DNA of 64,000 nucleotides from Candidatus Zixiibacteriota bacterium (GCA_020853795.1 JADYYF010000044.1:1058-65057); one strand, 5' to 3'. Numbered from the stretch's first letter, positions 29,739 through 40,379 are shown. Numbers and translations are program-made. Notes: a model not told the origin generated them from the letters alone.

Positions 29739-31223
29739 TTATGGGCGCTCCGACGGCTCGATCTTTACTTCCGCCGTCCCGCGTTCCGTCATGCCCGGAA
29801 TCTTACGCAGAATCTCTTCGAGCTTCAGCCCCGTGAGCGACTCAACGACGGGCGGCAACTGCGCGATAATCTTGGTGATATCGCCGGTTATCTTGGACGC
29901 ACCGCCGCCGTCTCCGCCCGAGTTGATGATGACGATCTTCTCCGTTCGCGCCAGCGGCTCGGAAATCGCGCGTGCAATATCCGGCAACTTGTCTATCAGC
30001 ATCTGCACAATGGCGGCCTCGTTGTAGTGCCTCCACGCATCCGCCTTGGCTGACATGGCCTCCGCCGTCGAAAGTCCCTGCGCCTTGATGACATCCGCTT
30101 CAGCCACGCCGCGCGCCTTGTTGGCTTCGGCTTCTGCCAGACCGATCGCGCGCGTAGCTTCCGCCTGACCTTCCGCCGTCTCCTGAAGCCGGAATTTCTC
30201 GGCCGCCGCTCCCTGTTCGACTTTGAAGCGATCCGCTTCCGCCGGCCGCTTGACCAGCGCTTCCAGTTCGTTCTGTTTGCGCTCAATCTCCTTGTTCTGG
30301 ATCTCAATCTGCTTGGTTTTCTCGACCAACACGATTTCCATCTCTTCGCGCTTGACGTTCTGGCTGGTCTTGTTCTTCTGCAGCTCGTAGGCCAGATCGG
30401 CATCAGCCTTCTTCAGATTCACCGACGCCTCGTATTCGGCGACCTTCATCTTGTAATCGCGATCAGCTTCGGCAACCTTGGTATCCGCCAGCAGCTTGGC
30501 GATCTGTCCTTCGCGGAAGGCGTCGGCCGACTTGATCGTGGCGTCACGATTGGCTTCCGCCTCGCCGACGATTGCGTCTTTCTTGACCCGCGCGATCTGC
30601 GGCTTGCCCAGGGCCTCGAGATAACCTTGTTTGTCGCGGATATCGCGGATCGTGAACGAAACTACGACCAGACCCATGTTCGCCATGTCGGCGGCGGCGA
30701 CTTCCTGTACCTTTTGGGCAAACGCGTCGCGATTGGAGTAAATCTCTTCAACGGTCAGCGTACCCAGGATCGCGCGCAGGTGGCCTTCCATCGTTTGCAG
30801 CGCGATGTTCATGATTTCTTGTTTGCCCTTGGAAAGGAACTGCTCGGCAGCGGTACGAATGCTGACATCGTCGCCGCGCACCTTGACCTGCGCCACGCCG
30901 TCCACAATCACCGGCACGCCGTGCATCGTGTAGACCTCCGGCGTATTGACATCGAGCGTAAACAATTCCAACGATAGTCGGTCGACGCGCTCAAAGACCG
31001 GCAGCACGAACGTACCGCCACCCTTGACGATGCGAAAACCGATCGTCGCTTTGACACCGGCGGCGTCCTGCACCTTGTGGCGAATACCCGAAACGATCAG
31101 CACCTCATTGGGGCCGACCTTGGTATAGCGCCGCGCGATGATGACGAAAAAGAGAATGAGGACAAAGACGCCGGCAAAGACGGCAAATACCCAACTGGCA
31201 CTAACATCAAAACCCGTTTCCAT
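29739..31223 (-). CDS. Flotillin-family SPFH protein
   Basis: N-terminal TM; LEGHLRAILGTLTVEEI-type SPFH motif (MEGHLRAILG); AEA-rich coiled coil. Confidence 0.9.
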   Translation of the reverse strand: METGFDVSASWVFAVFAGVFVLILFFVIIARRYTKVGPNEVLIVSGIRHKVQDAAGVKATIGFRIVKGGGTFVLPVFERVDRLSLELFTLDVNTPEVYTMHGVPVIVDGVAQVKVRGDDVSIRTAAEQFLSKGKQEIMNIALQTMEGHLRAILGTLTVEEIYSNRDAFAQKVQEVAAADMANMGLVVVSFTIRDIRDKQGYLEALGKPQIARVKKDAIVGEAEANRDATIKSADAFREGQIAKLLADTKVAEADRDYKMKVAEYEASVNLKKADADLAYELQKNKTSQNVKREEMEIVLVEKTKQIEIQNKEIERKQNELEALVKRPAEADRFKVEQGAAAEKFRLQETAEGQAEATRAIGLAEAEANKARGVAEADVIKAQGLSTAEAMSAKADAWRHYNEAAIVQMLIDKLPDIARAISEPLARTEKIVIINSGGDGGGASKITGDITKIIAQLPPVVESLTGLKLEEILRKIPGMTERGTAEVKIEPSERP

Positions 31224-31243
31224 ATATCGATCCCTTCTCTCCT

Positions 31244-31813
31244 TTAGTCGGGCTCAACGATGCAAAGATTTCCGACGACCTTGATGATCTTGACCGGCAT
31301 GTGACTTTCAATCCGGCGGCCGTCGTGCGAACGCGCCATCGAGGTGTAGCGCGTGCCTTTCTGAACATAGGCGATTTCACCGGTGTGCGTCCCCTCGAGC
31401 GGCGTCAAAACTTCCGCCGTCAGGCCGATCAACTCGGCCATCGTCGCCTCCGACGAACCCTGGGTGTGGCGATAGAGCGTGCGGAAGATGTAGTAGGTCC
31501 CGATCGCTGATGCAAACGCCGCCAGCGTAGCAATCGATACGGCCGGCAAAGCCGTCAGTTGCGCGGCCCGCACGCAGACCAGTCCAACTGCGCCGAAGAC
31601 GGTGACGAAAACGGCCATCACTGCCGGTGACAGCGGCGAGAAGTGCAGCTCGCCGCCAACCGGCGAGTGCTCGCCCGTCACGTCAACATGGTCGCCAACC
31701 GAAGCGCCATCGCCGTGGCCGGAGAAGATGCCGGAGAAAATCGCCGATAGCAGGGCGTAAATGAGCCCGGCCAACATGCAGAGGAAAAAGAAACTGCTTA
31801 AGGTAAAACTCAT
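31244..31813 (-). CDS. NfeD-like membrane protein (flotillin partner)
   Basis: TM helices plus C-terminal OB-fold (GEIAYVQKG...VKIIKVVGN); directly upstream of flotillin. Confidence 0.8.
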   Translation of the reverse strand: MSFTLSSFFFLCMLAGLIYALLSAIFSGIFSGHGDGASVGDHVDVTGEHSPVGGELHFSPLSPAVMAVFVTVFGAVGLVCVRAAQLTALPAVSIATLAAFASAIGTYYIFRTLYRHTQGSSEATMAELIGLTAEVLTPLEGTHTGEIAYVQKGTRYTSMARSHDGRRIESHMPVKIIKVVGNLCIVEPD

Positions 31814-31886
31814 GGAATGGGAACCCCTCCCGATAGATGCTTGGGGTTAAATTGGCGGAAGGGCCGGAAAGAAGCAAGCAAAAAGG

Positions 31887-32675
31887 CTAATCGCCGCGGG
31901 CCTCGCCGGTCATCGGCACAAACCGCACCGGGATTATGGCCTGATTGATCGTTCCCTGCTCGGATTTCGTGATCTGCATCAACTCCTGATTGCGATCGCC
32001 GACCGGGATAATCAGCCGGCCGCCGACCTTGAGCTGGTCGACCAACGGCTGCGGAATATGGTCGGGCGCGGCGGTCACTACGATTGCGTCAAACGGCGCA
32101 TGCTCTGGCCAGCCGCGATAGCCGTCGCCGCACCTCACCGCGATCTTGCGGTAGCCCAGTAGCTTCAGCGTGCTGTCGGCCCGGTGACATAGCGGCTCAA
32201 CGATTTCAATGCTGAAAACAGAATCCGCTATCTCTGCCAATATGGCCGCCTGATACCCGGAACCAGTGCCGATTTCCAACACTTTCGCAGCGGAATCGAC
32301 GCGTGCCAACTGCGTCATAATGGCCACAATGTATGGTTGCGAGATCGTCTGGCCGAAGCCAATTGGCAGCGGGCCGTCAATATAGGCGTCGGCACGCTGA
32401 TCCGGAGGCACAAATTCATGGCGAGGAACACGCCGCATGGCGTTCAAAACCGCTGAACTGACGATGTCGCGACTGGCCAGTTGCTTTTCGACCATGACCT
32501 GGCGCTGATGATAGAATGAATCGGATTTCTGCTCATCCATCTTCGATTGGCATCCCGGTTGAGATAAACAAATCAGCAAAATCACCAGCAACGCGTTGCG
32601 CCTGAAGCGCTGGCAAGACGCCGCCACCCAGGAATTGTCCGGAGTCCAGCTCTGCACTCCTGTTTCCTTCGACAA
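31887..32675 (-). CDS. pcm: Protein-L-isoaspartate O-methyltransferase (start uncertain)
   Basis: VPRHEFVP, GQTISQPYIVA, VLEIGTGSGYQAA, GDGYRGWPEHAPFDAI, VRFVPM. Confidence 0.93.
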   Translation of the reverse strand: MSKETGVQSWTPDNSWVAASCQRFRRNALLVILLICLSQPGCQSKMDEQKSDSFYHQRQVMVEKQLASRDIVSSAVLNAMRRVPRHEFVPPDQRADAYIDGPLPIGFGQTISQPYIVAIMTQLARVDSAAKVLEIGTGSGYQAAILAEIADSVFSIEIVEPLCHRADSTLKLLGYRKIAVRCGDGYRGWPEHAPFDAIVVTAAPDHIPQPLVDQLKVGGRLIIPVGDRNQELMQITKSEQGTINQAIIPVRFVPMTGEARGD

Positions 32676-32694
32676 TCAGCTTGATAATGGAAAC

Positions 32695-34209
32695 TTACGG
32701 CGCGAAGGTTGTCGAGGCAACACGTTTCTTGGCGGCCGCCCGCAGCAAGGCATAACCGATGGCCAGCATGAAAAGATAGTAAAACGATGGCCGATCACCG
32801 AAGCTGAAGTATTGCAGCGTCATACCGAGGACGCCGCCACCGATACCGACAAGATAGGGGTAGATCGCCTGCCCGCGAGCGCTTGCGATTCCTTGCAGCA
32901 ACTTCACAAAGAAGTGCACGATCAGTGCGGAGAAGGCGAGAAACCCGAGCACGCCGGTCTCAACCAGCGCATTGAGAAAGATCGAGTGCGCGGACAGCAG
33001 CGTTGGGATTCCGACCGCCGCCGCACCAAACGCTCCATAGTTGCCGATACCGACTCCGAGCAGCGGATATTCTTTGAAGGTAGACCAGAGCGCGGACAAA
33101 TAGGTGACCCGCGGGTCCGATTCCAGACGCGCGGCGTCGAGGCGAATCGAAATCAACTCCCAGACGTTCAGGTCAAATCGGAAGAACCCCACGACAGTCA
33201 TTGCCGAGCCCACGACGACCAGAGCCAACCCGGCCAGGGCGGCGTACTTCACTATTCGTCGTTTGGGCGAGAAGACGGCGACGAACAACATCGCCGCCAG
33301 CATGGCGATCCAGCCGGATCGGGACATCGTGAGAAACAACGTCGCCGATCCAAATGCCGCCAGCAGCGACACACCCGGCAGGCGCCAGCGCTCCGGCAGT
33401 TTACGCCGATAGATGAATAGTGTCAGCGCCAGTGGTAAGATCGAAACCAGAAAGTGCGAAAAATGCAGCGACTCGCGAAATGTCGCGCGCGGAGCAAAAT
33501 CCGTGACCAGCGCGGAATAGTAACGTGTCTCGCCGTAGAGGTATGCCTGATCCGCGGCCGCGCCGAACGCCTGGGTGAAGTCCTTGCCGGGAAGGTCAAG
33601 CGGCACTGCCAGTGACTGCCAACAGCCGAGCAGCGCCAGGGCGGCAGCGACCGCCAAATACACCTGCAGCGACTTCAAAGCGGTGTGCTCATCGGGATTG
33701 TACTGGAGCACCAAGGCGAAGAAGCACACGTTGAGTGCCAGGAGGACAACTTGAACGAATGGGCGCAGTCCCGAAGCGCGCAGTGCCATCGCTGCCGACG
33801 TGTCCACCTGAGGCGGCGCCACGAAGAATGCAAATAACAACGAGAGCGTCGCTATCAGGAGGTAGACCAGGTAGATTCTTACGGGGGCCGTGTCGAAGCG
33901 CAGTGGTTGTCGCATCACGAGCAGGAGCAGCAATTGCAAACCCAACAGCAGATAGCATGGCAGGATCGAGAATCCAGCCTCCAGAACGAAGGTCGCCTCC
34001 AGCGGCAGGGCAACGAGCATCACCCAGTACACCGCCTGAGGCCGCCGCGTAACAGCGATTGCGGCAAGGATCGTCGCAGTGAGTAGGCACGCGATCAGGA
34101 GCAGGTTTGACTGGGGCAACAGCCAGGTAATCAGAACTGTGGCGAGACCGGCAAGCGTGAGGAACTTCGCGGTTGACGCCGTCAGGGCAGTTCGAAGATG
34201 GTCTACCAT
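32695..34209 (-). CDS. O-antigen ligase/polymerase (Wzy/WaaL-like)
   Basis: Multi-TM; LTMSRSGW, PLLGVGIGNY, AHSIFLNALVETG. Confidence 0.85.
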   Translation of the reverse strand: MVDHLRTALTASTAKFLTLAGLATVLITWLLPQSNLLLIACLLTATILAAIAVTRRPQAVYWVMLVALPLEATFVLEAGFSILPCYLLLGLQLLLLLVMRQPLRFDTAPVRIYLVYLLIATLSLLFAFFVAPPQVDTSAAMALRASGLRPFVQVVLLALNVCFFALVLQYNPDEHTALKSLQVYLAVAAALALLGCWQSLAVPLDLPGKDFTQAFGAAADQAYLYGETRYYSALVTDFAPRATFRESLHFSHFLVSILPLALTLFIYRRKLPERWRLPGVSLLAAFGSATLFLTMSRSGWIAMLAAMLFVAVFSPKRRIVKYAALAGLALVVVGSAMTVVGFFRFDLNVWELISIRLDAARLESDPRVTYLSALWSTFKEYPLLGVGIGNYGAFGAAAVGIPTLLSAHSIFLNALVETGVLGFLAFSALIVHFFVKLLQGIASARGQAIYPYLVGIGGGVLGMTLQYFSFGDRPSFYYLFMLAIGYALLRAAAKKRVASTTFAP

Positions 34210-36221
34210 CCCACGAAATCCCGTGCCTGCTGGACAATCGTGTCAACTGAAGAGAGTTCGCTGGAGGTCAATGGGATGATCGCATACAGCCTCGTGCAGG
34301 GCAGCTCGGCCCGCTGCCATTGTGTCAAGCGCATCGCCGGGTATCTAACCCCGTAAGCGGGCGAAATCCAGTCCGTGAGTAAATTGAACCCGCTCTCATG
34401 CAGGAGTTCAGCGAACAATAACGGAGTGAACTGAGGCGACGGTCGCAACAACACGCGATTCTGAGCCAAAGTCTCCACGGCCATTCGATCCAAATGAAAA
34501 TTGAACTCCGCCTTATGCTCGCCCCGACCCAGGAGTTCGTCACGGATCAGGATTACCACCGGGTGCTTAAGCAGCAACACAGCGCGTCGGTGCCTGACCG
34601 GCTGGTCGAGTCGCTCATAGCAATTGTGCTCCGCCACCGCCAAATCGAATTTGTCGGTGGATTGCCAGTGGGTAATCTGCGGGCGGCCATCGGGACGAAG
34701 ATGAAAAAGCAGCCCCGGCACCATGCGATTCTGTTCCTGGTCGTCAATCATGACCGTGTTATGCGCCCGCGTTGAACGAAACTGATTCCGGGCCTCGGCA
34801 TCGGCCGTATAGACGAAGCTGCCAGGGTCAACAAACACTGGAAACCCGTCATACTCCAGACTGAAACTCAACAGATCGTTGTGCTTGTGATTGCCCAGGC
34901 CGGCCGTGCCGACTTCGTTGTTGAAGAAGTTGAGAACCACTCCTGGTGCCCTCATCTGACACATCCCGGCTTTCACGAAGCCGACCGAACTCCAGGTCGA
35001 TGCGACAGCAGCCGCATGGCGGCGACTGGTGGAACTGGAGCGTATGAACGCTTCTTCTGGTGTCGGAGTGAACCCGGGCAACTGCAATTCGGGATCGTGA
35101 CCGCAAGCCAGACTCAGCAAGTCGCGATAATCGCGCGAGCCGCGCCACAGAAGTCGAAATACGCGACCATCGTCATTGTCGCCAAACGGCTCAACCGTGC
35201 CGTCTGCCCGCGTAAAGCGTGCCAGATTCGCGATCATCTGGCGCAGACGTTCAGCATAGCCAGTTGAGAACGGTCGACCGCATCTTTCGCTCAAGATCAG
35301 TGCATAGAAGAACATCTCGGTAACAAGACCGTGATAAGGCAGGGAGGACTCATAATCGATCCCGTCAGTCGTAACCTGCGACTGCAGTTCTTGCTCGAGT
35401 TCGCGATGTGCCAGATCGAACCAGTCGTGCGCCGCCGGGACATCCCGGAACATCCACCCGAGATAGAGCAGCCCGACCAGGTCGGCAAGGTAGTGATTCG
35501 TGTTGAACCCCGATCCGATCTTCTCCAAATTTTCACGAATTGCGCGACCGCCTTTGTAAAGTTCGAGCGTCAGTCGCTGCCGAAAGCGCTCGCCAAAATC
35601 ATTCCTTGCAGCAAACGACTGATACGCGGCCAGCCAGTTTAGGCAGCGTAACGCAATATCCATCGGACAAGACCAATTGACCGTCTGTCCGTACTCGTTG
35701 GCCTCGATCCACGAGTTGACCTGAGTCTCAAAAGCGGCAGCAAATGCCGGATCGCCTTCGGCCAGATAGAGGATTGCCATCGGCAAGAAGTGCTGGCAAC
35801 GCGATAGTTCCCAGGGGACCTTGACATCCGAATCGTCGTTGAGATCGACTATTCGCTGGAGCCGGTAGTCGCGGGTTGCCCAACGCTTGCCGCTCTTGAA
35901 ATCGCGCGACCAGTCGATCGGCCGACCGGCATCCACCCAGCCCGAGCCCAGCAGATTAAAGCGATGCTGCAACGCCTGGCGTGCTACTAACTCGGCACGG
36001 GCGAAATCCTCCGGCATCGTGCGCGACAAGTTCTTGGCCATCGATGAGTCGATCAGCCCGGGGAATATCGGGGGAAATCGTTCAAGCGAGCCTGCGGCGG
36101 TTGAACCGAGCTCAGCCAGAAACTGCTCGTCGGTCGGCTTGGGTGTCGGGATCATGGCCTGCACAATCTTGAGCTTGCGTCTGACCTTGTATCCGATGCG
36201 CTTGATGACCGCAGTTTCCAT
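34203..36221 (-). CDS. Heparinase II/III-family (alginate-lyase-like) protein
   Basis: KVPWELSRCQH, NHYLAD, YESSLPYH, HKHND, VDPGSFVY, RSTRAHNTV. Confidence 0.88.
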   Translation of the reverse strand: METAVIKRIGYKVRRKLKIVQAMIPTPKPTDEQFLAELGSTAAGSLERFPPIFPGLIDSSMAKNLSRTMPEDFARAELVARQALQHRFNLLGSGWVDAGRPIDWSRDFKSGKRWATRDYRLQRIVDLNDDSDVKVPWELSRCQHFLPMAILYLAEGDPAFAAAFETQVNSWIEANEYGQTVNWSCPMDIALRCLNWLAAYQSFAARNDFGERFRQRLTLELYKGGRAIRENLEKIGSGFNTNHYLADLVGLLYLGWMFRDVPAAHDWFDLAHRELEQELQSQVTTDGIDYESSLPYHGLVTEMFFYALILSERCGRPFSTGYAERLRQMIANLARFTRADGTVEPFGDNDDGRVFRLLWRGSRDYRDLLSLACGHDPELQLPGFTPTPEEAFIRSSSTSRRHAAAVASTWSSVGFVKAGMCQMRAPGVVLNFFNNEVGTAGLGNHKHNDLLSFSLEYDGFPVFVDPGSFVYTADAEARNQFRSTRAHNTVMIDDQEQNRMVPGLLFHLRPDGRPQITHWQSTDKFDLAVAEHNCYERLDQPVRHRRAVLLLKHPVVILIRDELLGRGEHKAEFNFHLDRMAVETLAQNRVLLRPSPQFTPLLFAELLHESGFNLLTDWISPAYGVRYPAMRLTQWQRAELPCTRLYAIIPLTSSELSSVDTIVQQARDFVGW

Positions 36222-36244
36222 AGGGCGTGCTCTTGCGACTCCGA

Positions 36245-36994
36245 TTATGGCGAGGCAATTCCGGTTGAAGTTGATGCGACCAAAGGTTGCGTCGGTAACA
36301 GCCGGTCGGCATGAGTATCCATGACGTCGGCAGCGGAAAGGTAGTCTTCGGTACGCCCGATATCGAGCCAGAGGCCGCGATGCGAGTAGGCCTTGACGCG
36401 ACGCTCCAGTGTCAGCAGCGACTGAACCAAGTCGGGGAAGTCACAGCGCACACCGGCCGGAATCAATTCCAGTACCGACGGTGAGAAGGCGTAAACGCCC
36501 ATGCTCACCTTGTGCGAGTAGCTTGGTTTCTCCAGATAGTGGGTGACCGATGCTTGCGCGTCAGTCTCGAGAACGCCCAGATCGATATTGATCTGCTTCT
36601 CGAAAACGGCGATCGAAAGCTCCGCGCGGCTGTCAAGATGTGATTGATAGAACCGACGATAGTCGAGATCAGTCAGGATATCGCCGTTCATCACCAGGAG
36701 CGGACGGTCAAAATCGGTCAGGTTTGCCAGCGGCCCGGCCGTACCGAGCGGCCGATCCTCACGCAGGTAATCGATGCGGACATCCCAGGTCGCACCGTCG
36801 CCGAAGTAGGCCTCGATAAGTTGATGGAGGTAGCCGACGGCAAAGGTGACTTCGGTGAAGCCGTAATACCGCAATTGCCGGACAATCGTTTCCGCAATCG
36901 GGTAATTGCCGACCGGCATCAACGGCTTGGGCAGGATCGTCGTATATGGCCGCAAGCGAGTACCGGTACCGCCCGCCAAGATCACGGCTCGCAT
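36245..36994 (-). CDS. Sugar-phosphate nucleotidyltransferase
   Basis: MRAVILAGGTGTRLRPYT, PKPL, PLGTAG, VMNGDILTD, WLDIG; start at 36994. Confidence 0.9.
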   Translation of the reverse strand: MRAVILAGGTGTRLRPYTTILPKPLMPVGNYPIAETIVRQLRYYGFTEVTFAVGYLHQLIEAYFGDGATWDVRIDYLREDRPLGTAGPLANLTDFDRPLLVMNGDILTDLDYRRFYQSHLDSRAELSIAVFEKQINIDLGVLETDAQASVTHYLEKPSYSHKVSMGVYAFSPSVLELIPAGVRCDFPDLVQSLLTLERRVKAYSHRGLWLDIGRTEDYLSAADVMDTHADRLLPTQPLVASTSTGIASP

Positions 36995-38052
36995 GATTCC
37001 GCCTTTCGGCGCAGGCGCAGACGCTGGCTGACTCCGCTGATCTGACGGCGCCAATCATTCCGCAATTGCCGCAAGTCATTGGCCTCTTCCGGTGTCATCA
37101 CTCGATGCATATAATCGCGGCCGAGGATGAAACCGCAGCTCAAGAGCAGCGCAGCGATGGCGGCCTGCAAAGTATTGACCAGTCTCTGCGGACCAGACTT
37201 GACCTCTGGTACCGACGGAAAGTCGAGGGTGGCCACAACCGGTTTCTTACGCTTCGCTTCGATCGTGGCCATCTCGAGTTGCTGGCTGAGCAGGGCATAC
37301 ACTTGGCCGATTTCCGTGACTTTTCTGGTCAGCCGTTCGTGCTCAAGTTGCAGGTCCGGAGCGGAGGCAATGTAGTAATTGCGATTTTGCTCGCGGAACG
37401 CCAGCAACGAATCTTCAGCCGCCTGCAGGCGCCGCTCGGCGTCACGCAACCGCGACTCAACGAAGGCGCGGCTCTCATCCAGGCGCGCGAAGCGTTCACT
37501 GGAGCAGAATGCATCCAACTGCCGGATGTACTCGGCCGCGGTGAATTGAGCAAATTCCGGATCGGTCCACTCAAAAGTCAACGAGATCATTCCCGACTGT
37601 TTGTCCTTGCCGACTGACGTTGTCTCAGTCAACTTCTTGAGAGCTTCGACGGGATCGTCAGAAAACACGCCTCCGATTGTCGTCGCTTCCATCTTGGCCG
37701 CGAGCGCATCCGGCAACTGGGCGTGAAGCACGCGCTTGCGAACGACGTCGGATCGCAGCATCTCCGGGAAAAGCTTCGACGAAGCCGTCGGATCGGGGTC
37801 ATTATTCATCATTTCCAGACCCGGAATCGCACTGGCGAGATTGCCCAGTGCTTGCGCTGGATTGGTGGATCCGGTGGGCAGCAAGGTGCCGGTGGACCTG
37901 TAATAATTCGGTAACAACAGATTGACGCTCAACGTTGCCAGCGTCATCACCGTCGTGAAGGTCAAAATGAACTTGCTGTGCTTACTCAGCAGCCGAAGGA
38001 CACCGGTGATCTCCGGTCGGCGTGTTGTCTCTTTCGTCAAGAGTCGATCCAT
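36982..38052 (-). CDS. Polysaccharide chain-length determinant (Wzz/GNVR family)
   Basis: Two TM segments flanking a coiled coil; LDFPSVPEVKSGP; GGAGG RBS before ATG 38052. Confidence 0.8.
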   Translation of the reverse strand: MDRLLTKETTRRPEITGVLRLLSKHSKFILTFTTVMTLATLSVNLLLPNYYRSTGTLLPTGSTNPAQALGNLASAIPGLEMMNNDPDPTASSKLFPEMLRSDVVRKRVLHAQLPDALAAKMEATTIGGVFSDDPVEALKKLTETTSVGKDKQSGMISLTFEWTDPEFAQFTAAEYIRQLDAFCSSERFARLDESRAFVESRLRDAERRLQAAEDSLLAFREQNRNYYIASAPDLQLEHERLTRKVTEIGQVYALLSQQLEMATIEAKRKKPVVATLDFPSVPEVKSGPQRLVNTLQAAIAALLLSCGFILGRDYMHRVMTPEEANDLRQLRNDWRRQISGVSQRLRLRRKAESCEP

Positions 38053-38225
38053 GAGCCTCCATGCTCCGTCATGCAAATAGCAAGCCTGATGCCGGAAAGC
38101 AGTCCCGAGTTAGTCGATTGACAGACAACAGGTTAGATGGGCTCGGAATTCGGTTCGATCTTTGAAGATGACGTTTGACGGAATTTATTTCCGCTCAGCC
38201 GGACAACACTATCCTGCTCAAGGAA

Positions 38226-38789
38226 TTAAGTGTGGGCTCTCATCGCCGGGTAGCGCCGTGCCGCTTGCCGCCACAGCCAATAGACAAACGAGCCGCAGAG
38301 GACACCCACCGACGCGCCAACAACAACGTCGAACGGGTAGTGCACCCCGACCGCGATGCGCGAGTAGCTGACAATCGCGGCGAATCCGAACAGGTACCAC
38401 CGTGCCCGCGGATACAGCGCGCCAAGAAACATCGCCTGCCCGAAAGTATTGGCGGCGTGGGATGAAGGGAACGATAATCCCTGCGAGCAATTCACGAGGA
38501 GATGAACACCCGCGACCACGTGACAGGGTCGTGCACGCTCGACCAGCGGTTTAATCAGCTGCGCCGAAACCTGATCCGAGATCGCGACGGCAATGATGCA
38601 TCCCACGGCGGCCAGGCGACCGCGCGTCTTGCCGAAAATGACCAACGCTGATACAATCGCCAGCAGTATCCCTCGCAAGATCCACTCATTGGTTGCCGCC
38701 GGCATCAAGAGATCGCAGACGGGATTGGCAAGATTCCGGTTGATCATGAGGAACAACTCGGTGTCGATTTGCTGAAGTTGCTCCAGCAT
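38226..38789 (-). CDS. PAP2-family phosphatase (undecaprenyl-pyrophosphate phosphatase-like)
   Basis: KPLVERARP, SFPSSHA, SRIAVGVHYPFD. Confidence 0.9.
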   Translation of the reverse strand: MLEQLQQIDTELFLMINRNLANPVCDLLMPAATNEWILRGILLAIVSALVIFGKTRGRLAAVGCIIAVAISDQVSAQLIKPLVERARPCHVVAGVHLLVNCSQGLSFPSSHAANTFGQAMFLGALYPRARWYLFGFAAIVSYSRIAVGVHYPFDVVVGASVGVLCGSFVYWLWRQAARRYPAMRAHT

Positions 38790-39418
38790 CAGTCGAGCTC
38801 CTCGTCTTCGATCGCCTCGACGACCACGCGACCGCTCGATCGCTCGATCAGAGCCGTTCGCAGCTGTTTGAATTGCGATCGGCGAATGCGCGCATAAACG
38901 ACCACATCGTCGGTGTAGTCGGTGCGTGCCGGCTTGATTCGAAGTTCAGCGAGGGCGTGCATAACGACCGATGTCTCGTCGTGGCCAAAGCGGAGACAGA
39001 ATCGTTGCTCGATCAGGCGCTCGACGATCACAGCCGTCGCCAAGACTTGATCAGCAGCCTGCCGGTAAGCCCGCGCCAGCCCGCCGGTACCGAGCTTGAC
39101 GCCGCCGAAGTAGCGCGTCACTACAACCAGAGTATTAGTGACATTCCCTGAGTTAAGGGCATCTAAAATCGGCCGTCCGGCCGTACCGCTTGGCTCGCCG
39201 TCATCGGAAGAGCGCGTCTCAGCCTTCTCGTCGTCGATGCCGACGCGGTAGGCGAAGCAGTTGTGTGTGGCATCGTGATACCGGCGGCGGATCGTATCAT
39301 ACGCCGCCTCGGCGGCGTTCCGTGTCGCGATCGGGACCGCTGTACCAATGAATCGCGAGCGCTCAATCTTGAACTCCGCTTGCGCCTGCTCCTTGATCGT
39401 GCGATAAGTGTCTTGCAC
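38789..39418 (-). CDS. yigZ: YigZ/IMPACT family protein
   Basis: RSRFIG, ATHNCFAY, SDDGEPSGTAG, VTRYFGGVKLGTGGLARAY. Confidence 0.92.
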   Translation of the reverse strand: MQDTYRTIKEQAQAEFKIERSRFIGTAVPIATRNAAEAAYDTIRRRYHDATHNCFAYRVGIDDEKAETRSSDDGEPSGTAGRPILDALNSGNVTNTLVVVTRYFGGVKLGTGGLARAYRQAADQVLATAVIVERLIEQRFCLRFGHDETSVVMHALAELRIKPARTDYTDDVVVYARIRRSQFKQLRTALIERSSGRVVVEAIEDEELD

Positions 39419-39443
39419 AGATTCCGCCGGGTTGGAGATTCCG

Positions 39444-40379
39444 CTACACCATGTAGCGAATCACCATCTTCCAGTCGTCAGGATCTTTCAGGTGTACCGC
39501 CCCCAGTTCGTTTGTTGCCGCCCCGTCCAGATTGGGGTTGAAGCAGGTGAATAGCGACTTGCCCTGCTTCAACGTCTCCCTGATCGCGCTGGCCGTGCCG
39601 CCGGTTCCGGAAGTGATCTCGACGACTATCACCGAACGGGCCAGGCCGACGATGATGCGATTGCGCGACAGCAACCGGCCGACATCAACTGCACTCTCCG
39701 GCGGATACTCCGAACAAATCAAGCCGTTAGTGACAATGTTGTCGGCCAGACTCTGATGCTCCGGCGGATAAATGTCTTCAATCCCGCATCCCAGGACGGC
39801 AATGGTCTTGCCTTCGGACTTGAGCGCCCCCAGATGCGCTGCCGCATCGATGCCGCGCGCCAAACCCGACACGACGACCGTGCCGGTCTCGGCGATGAGC
39901 GAGCCGAGCCGGACGCCTTCGGCAATCGCCTCTGCCGAAGCCTCGTGGCTGCCGACGATGGCCACGCAATTGTCACGGCAGACTTCCAGGCTGCCGCGAA
40001 AATAGAGCAACGGCGGCGGATCGTTGATCTCCAGCAGCGCCGGCGGATACGTGCTGCCGACAACTGTCGTCAGGTAGATTTCGTTGTCGGCGTAGTCGGC
40101 GAGCCGGTGCCGGATCAAGTCGGAATTGTCGATCGACAGCCGGATCAAGTCCTCCTTTTCCGGCGTCATCCGCGGCAAGTCGGCGATCTCGCCCGGCGCG
40201 CTCGCAAAGATGTTCTCAACCGTATCGAAGCGCGTAATCAACTGCTGCAGCGTGCGCGGACCTACGTTCGCATACTCGCGCAATGCGACGATCGCAATGT
40301 CAGTGTCGCTGTATTCCATCGGCCTCATCGACTCTACCTCGGACGCAAGGTAGCCGTGGTTTCGTGCCGCGTCAAGCAT
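39444..40379 (-). CDS. dprA: DNA-processing protein DprA/Smf (no obvious C-terminal domain)
   Basis: LLEINDPPPLLYFRG, VAIVGS, VSGLARGIDAAAH, IAVLGCG, SEYPP, RNRII. Confidence 0.88.
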   Translation of the reverse strand: MLDAARNHGYLASEVESMRPMEYSDTDIAIVALREYANVGPRTLQQLITRFDTVENIFASAPGEIADLPRMTPEKEDLIRLSIDNSDLIRHRLADYADNEIYLTTVVGSTYPPALLEINDPPPLLYFRGSLEVCRDNCVAIVGSHEASAEAIAEGVRLGSLIAETGTVVVSGLARGIDAAAHLGALKSEGKTIAVLGCGIEDIYPPEHQSLADNIVTNGLICSEYPPESAVDVGRLLSRNRIIVGLARSVIVVEITSGTGGTASAIRETLKQGKSLFTCFNPNLDGAATNELGAVHLKDPDDWKMVIRYMV

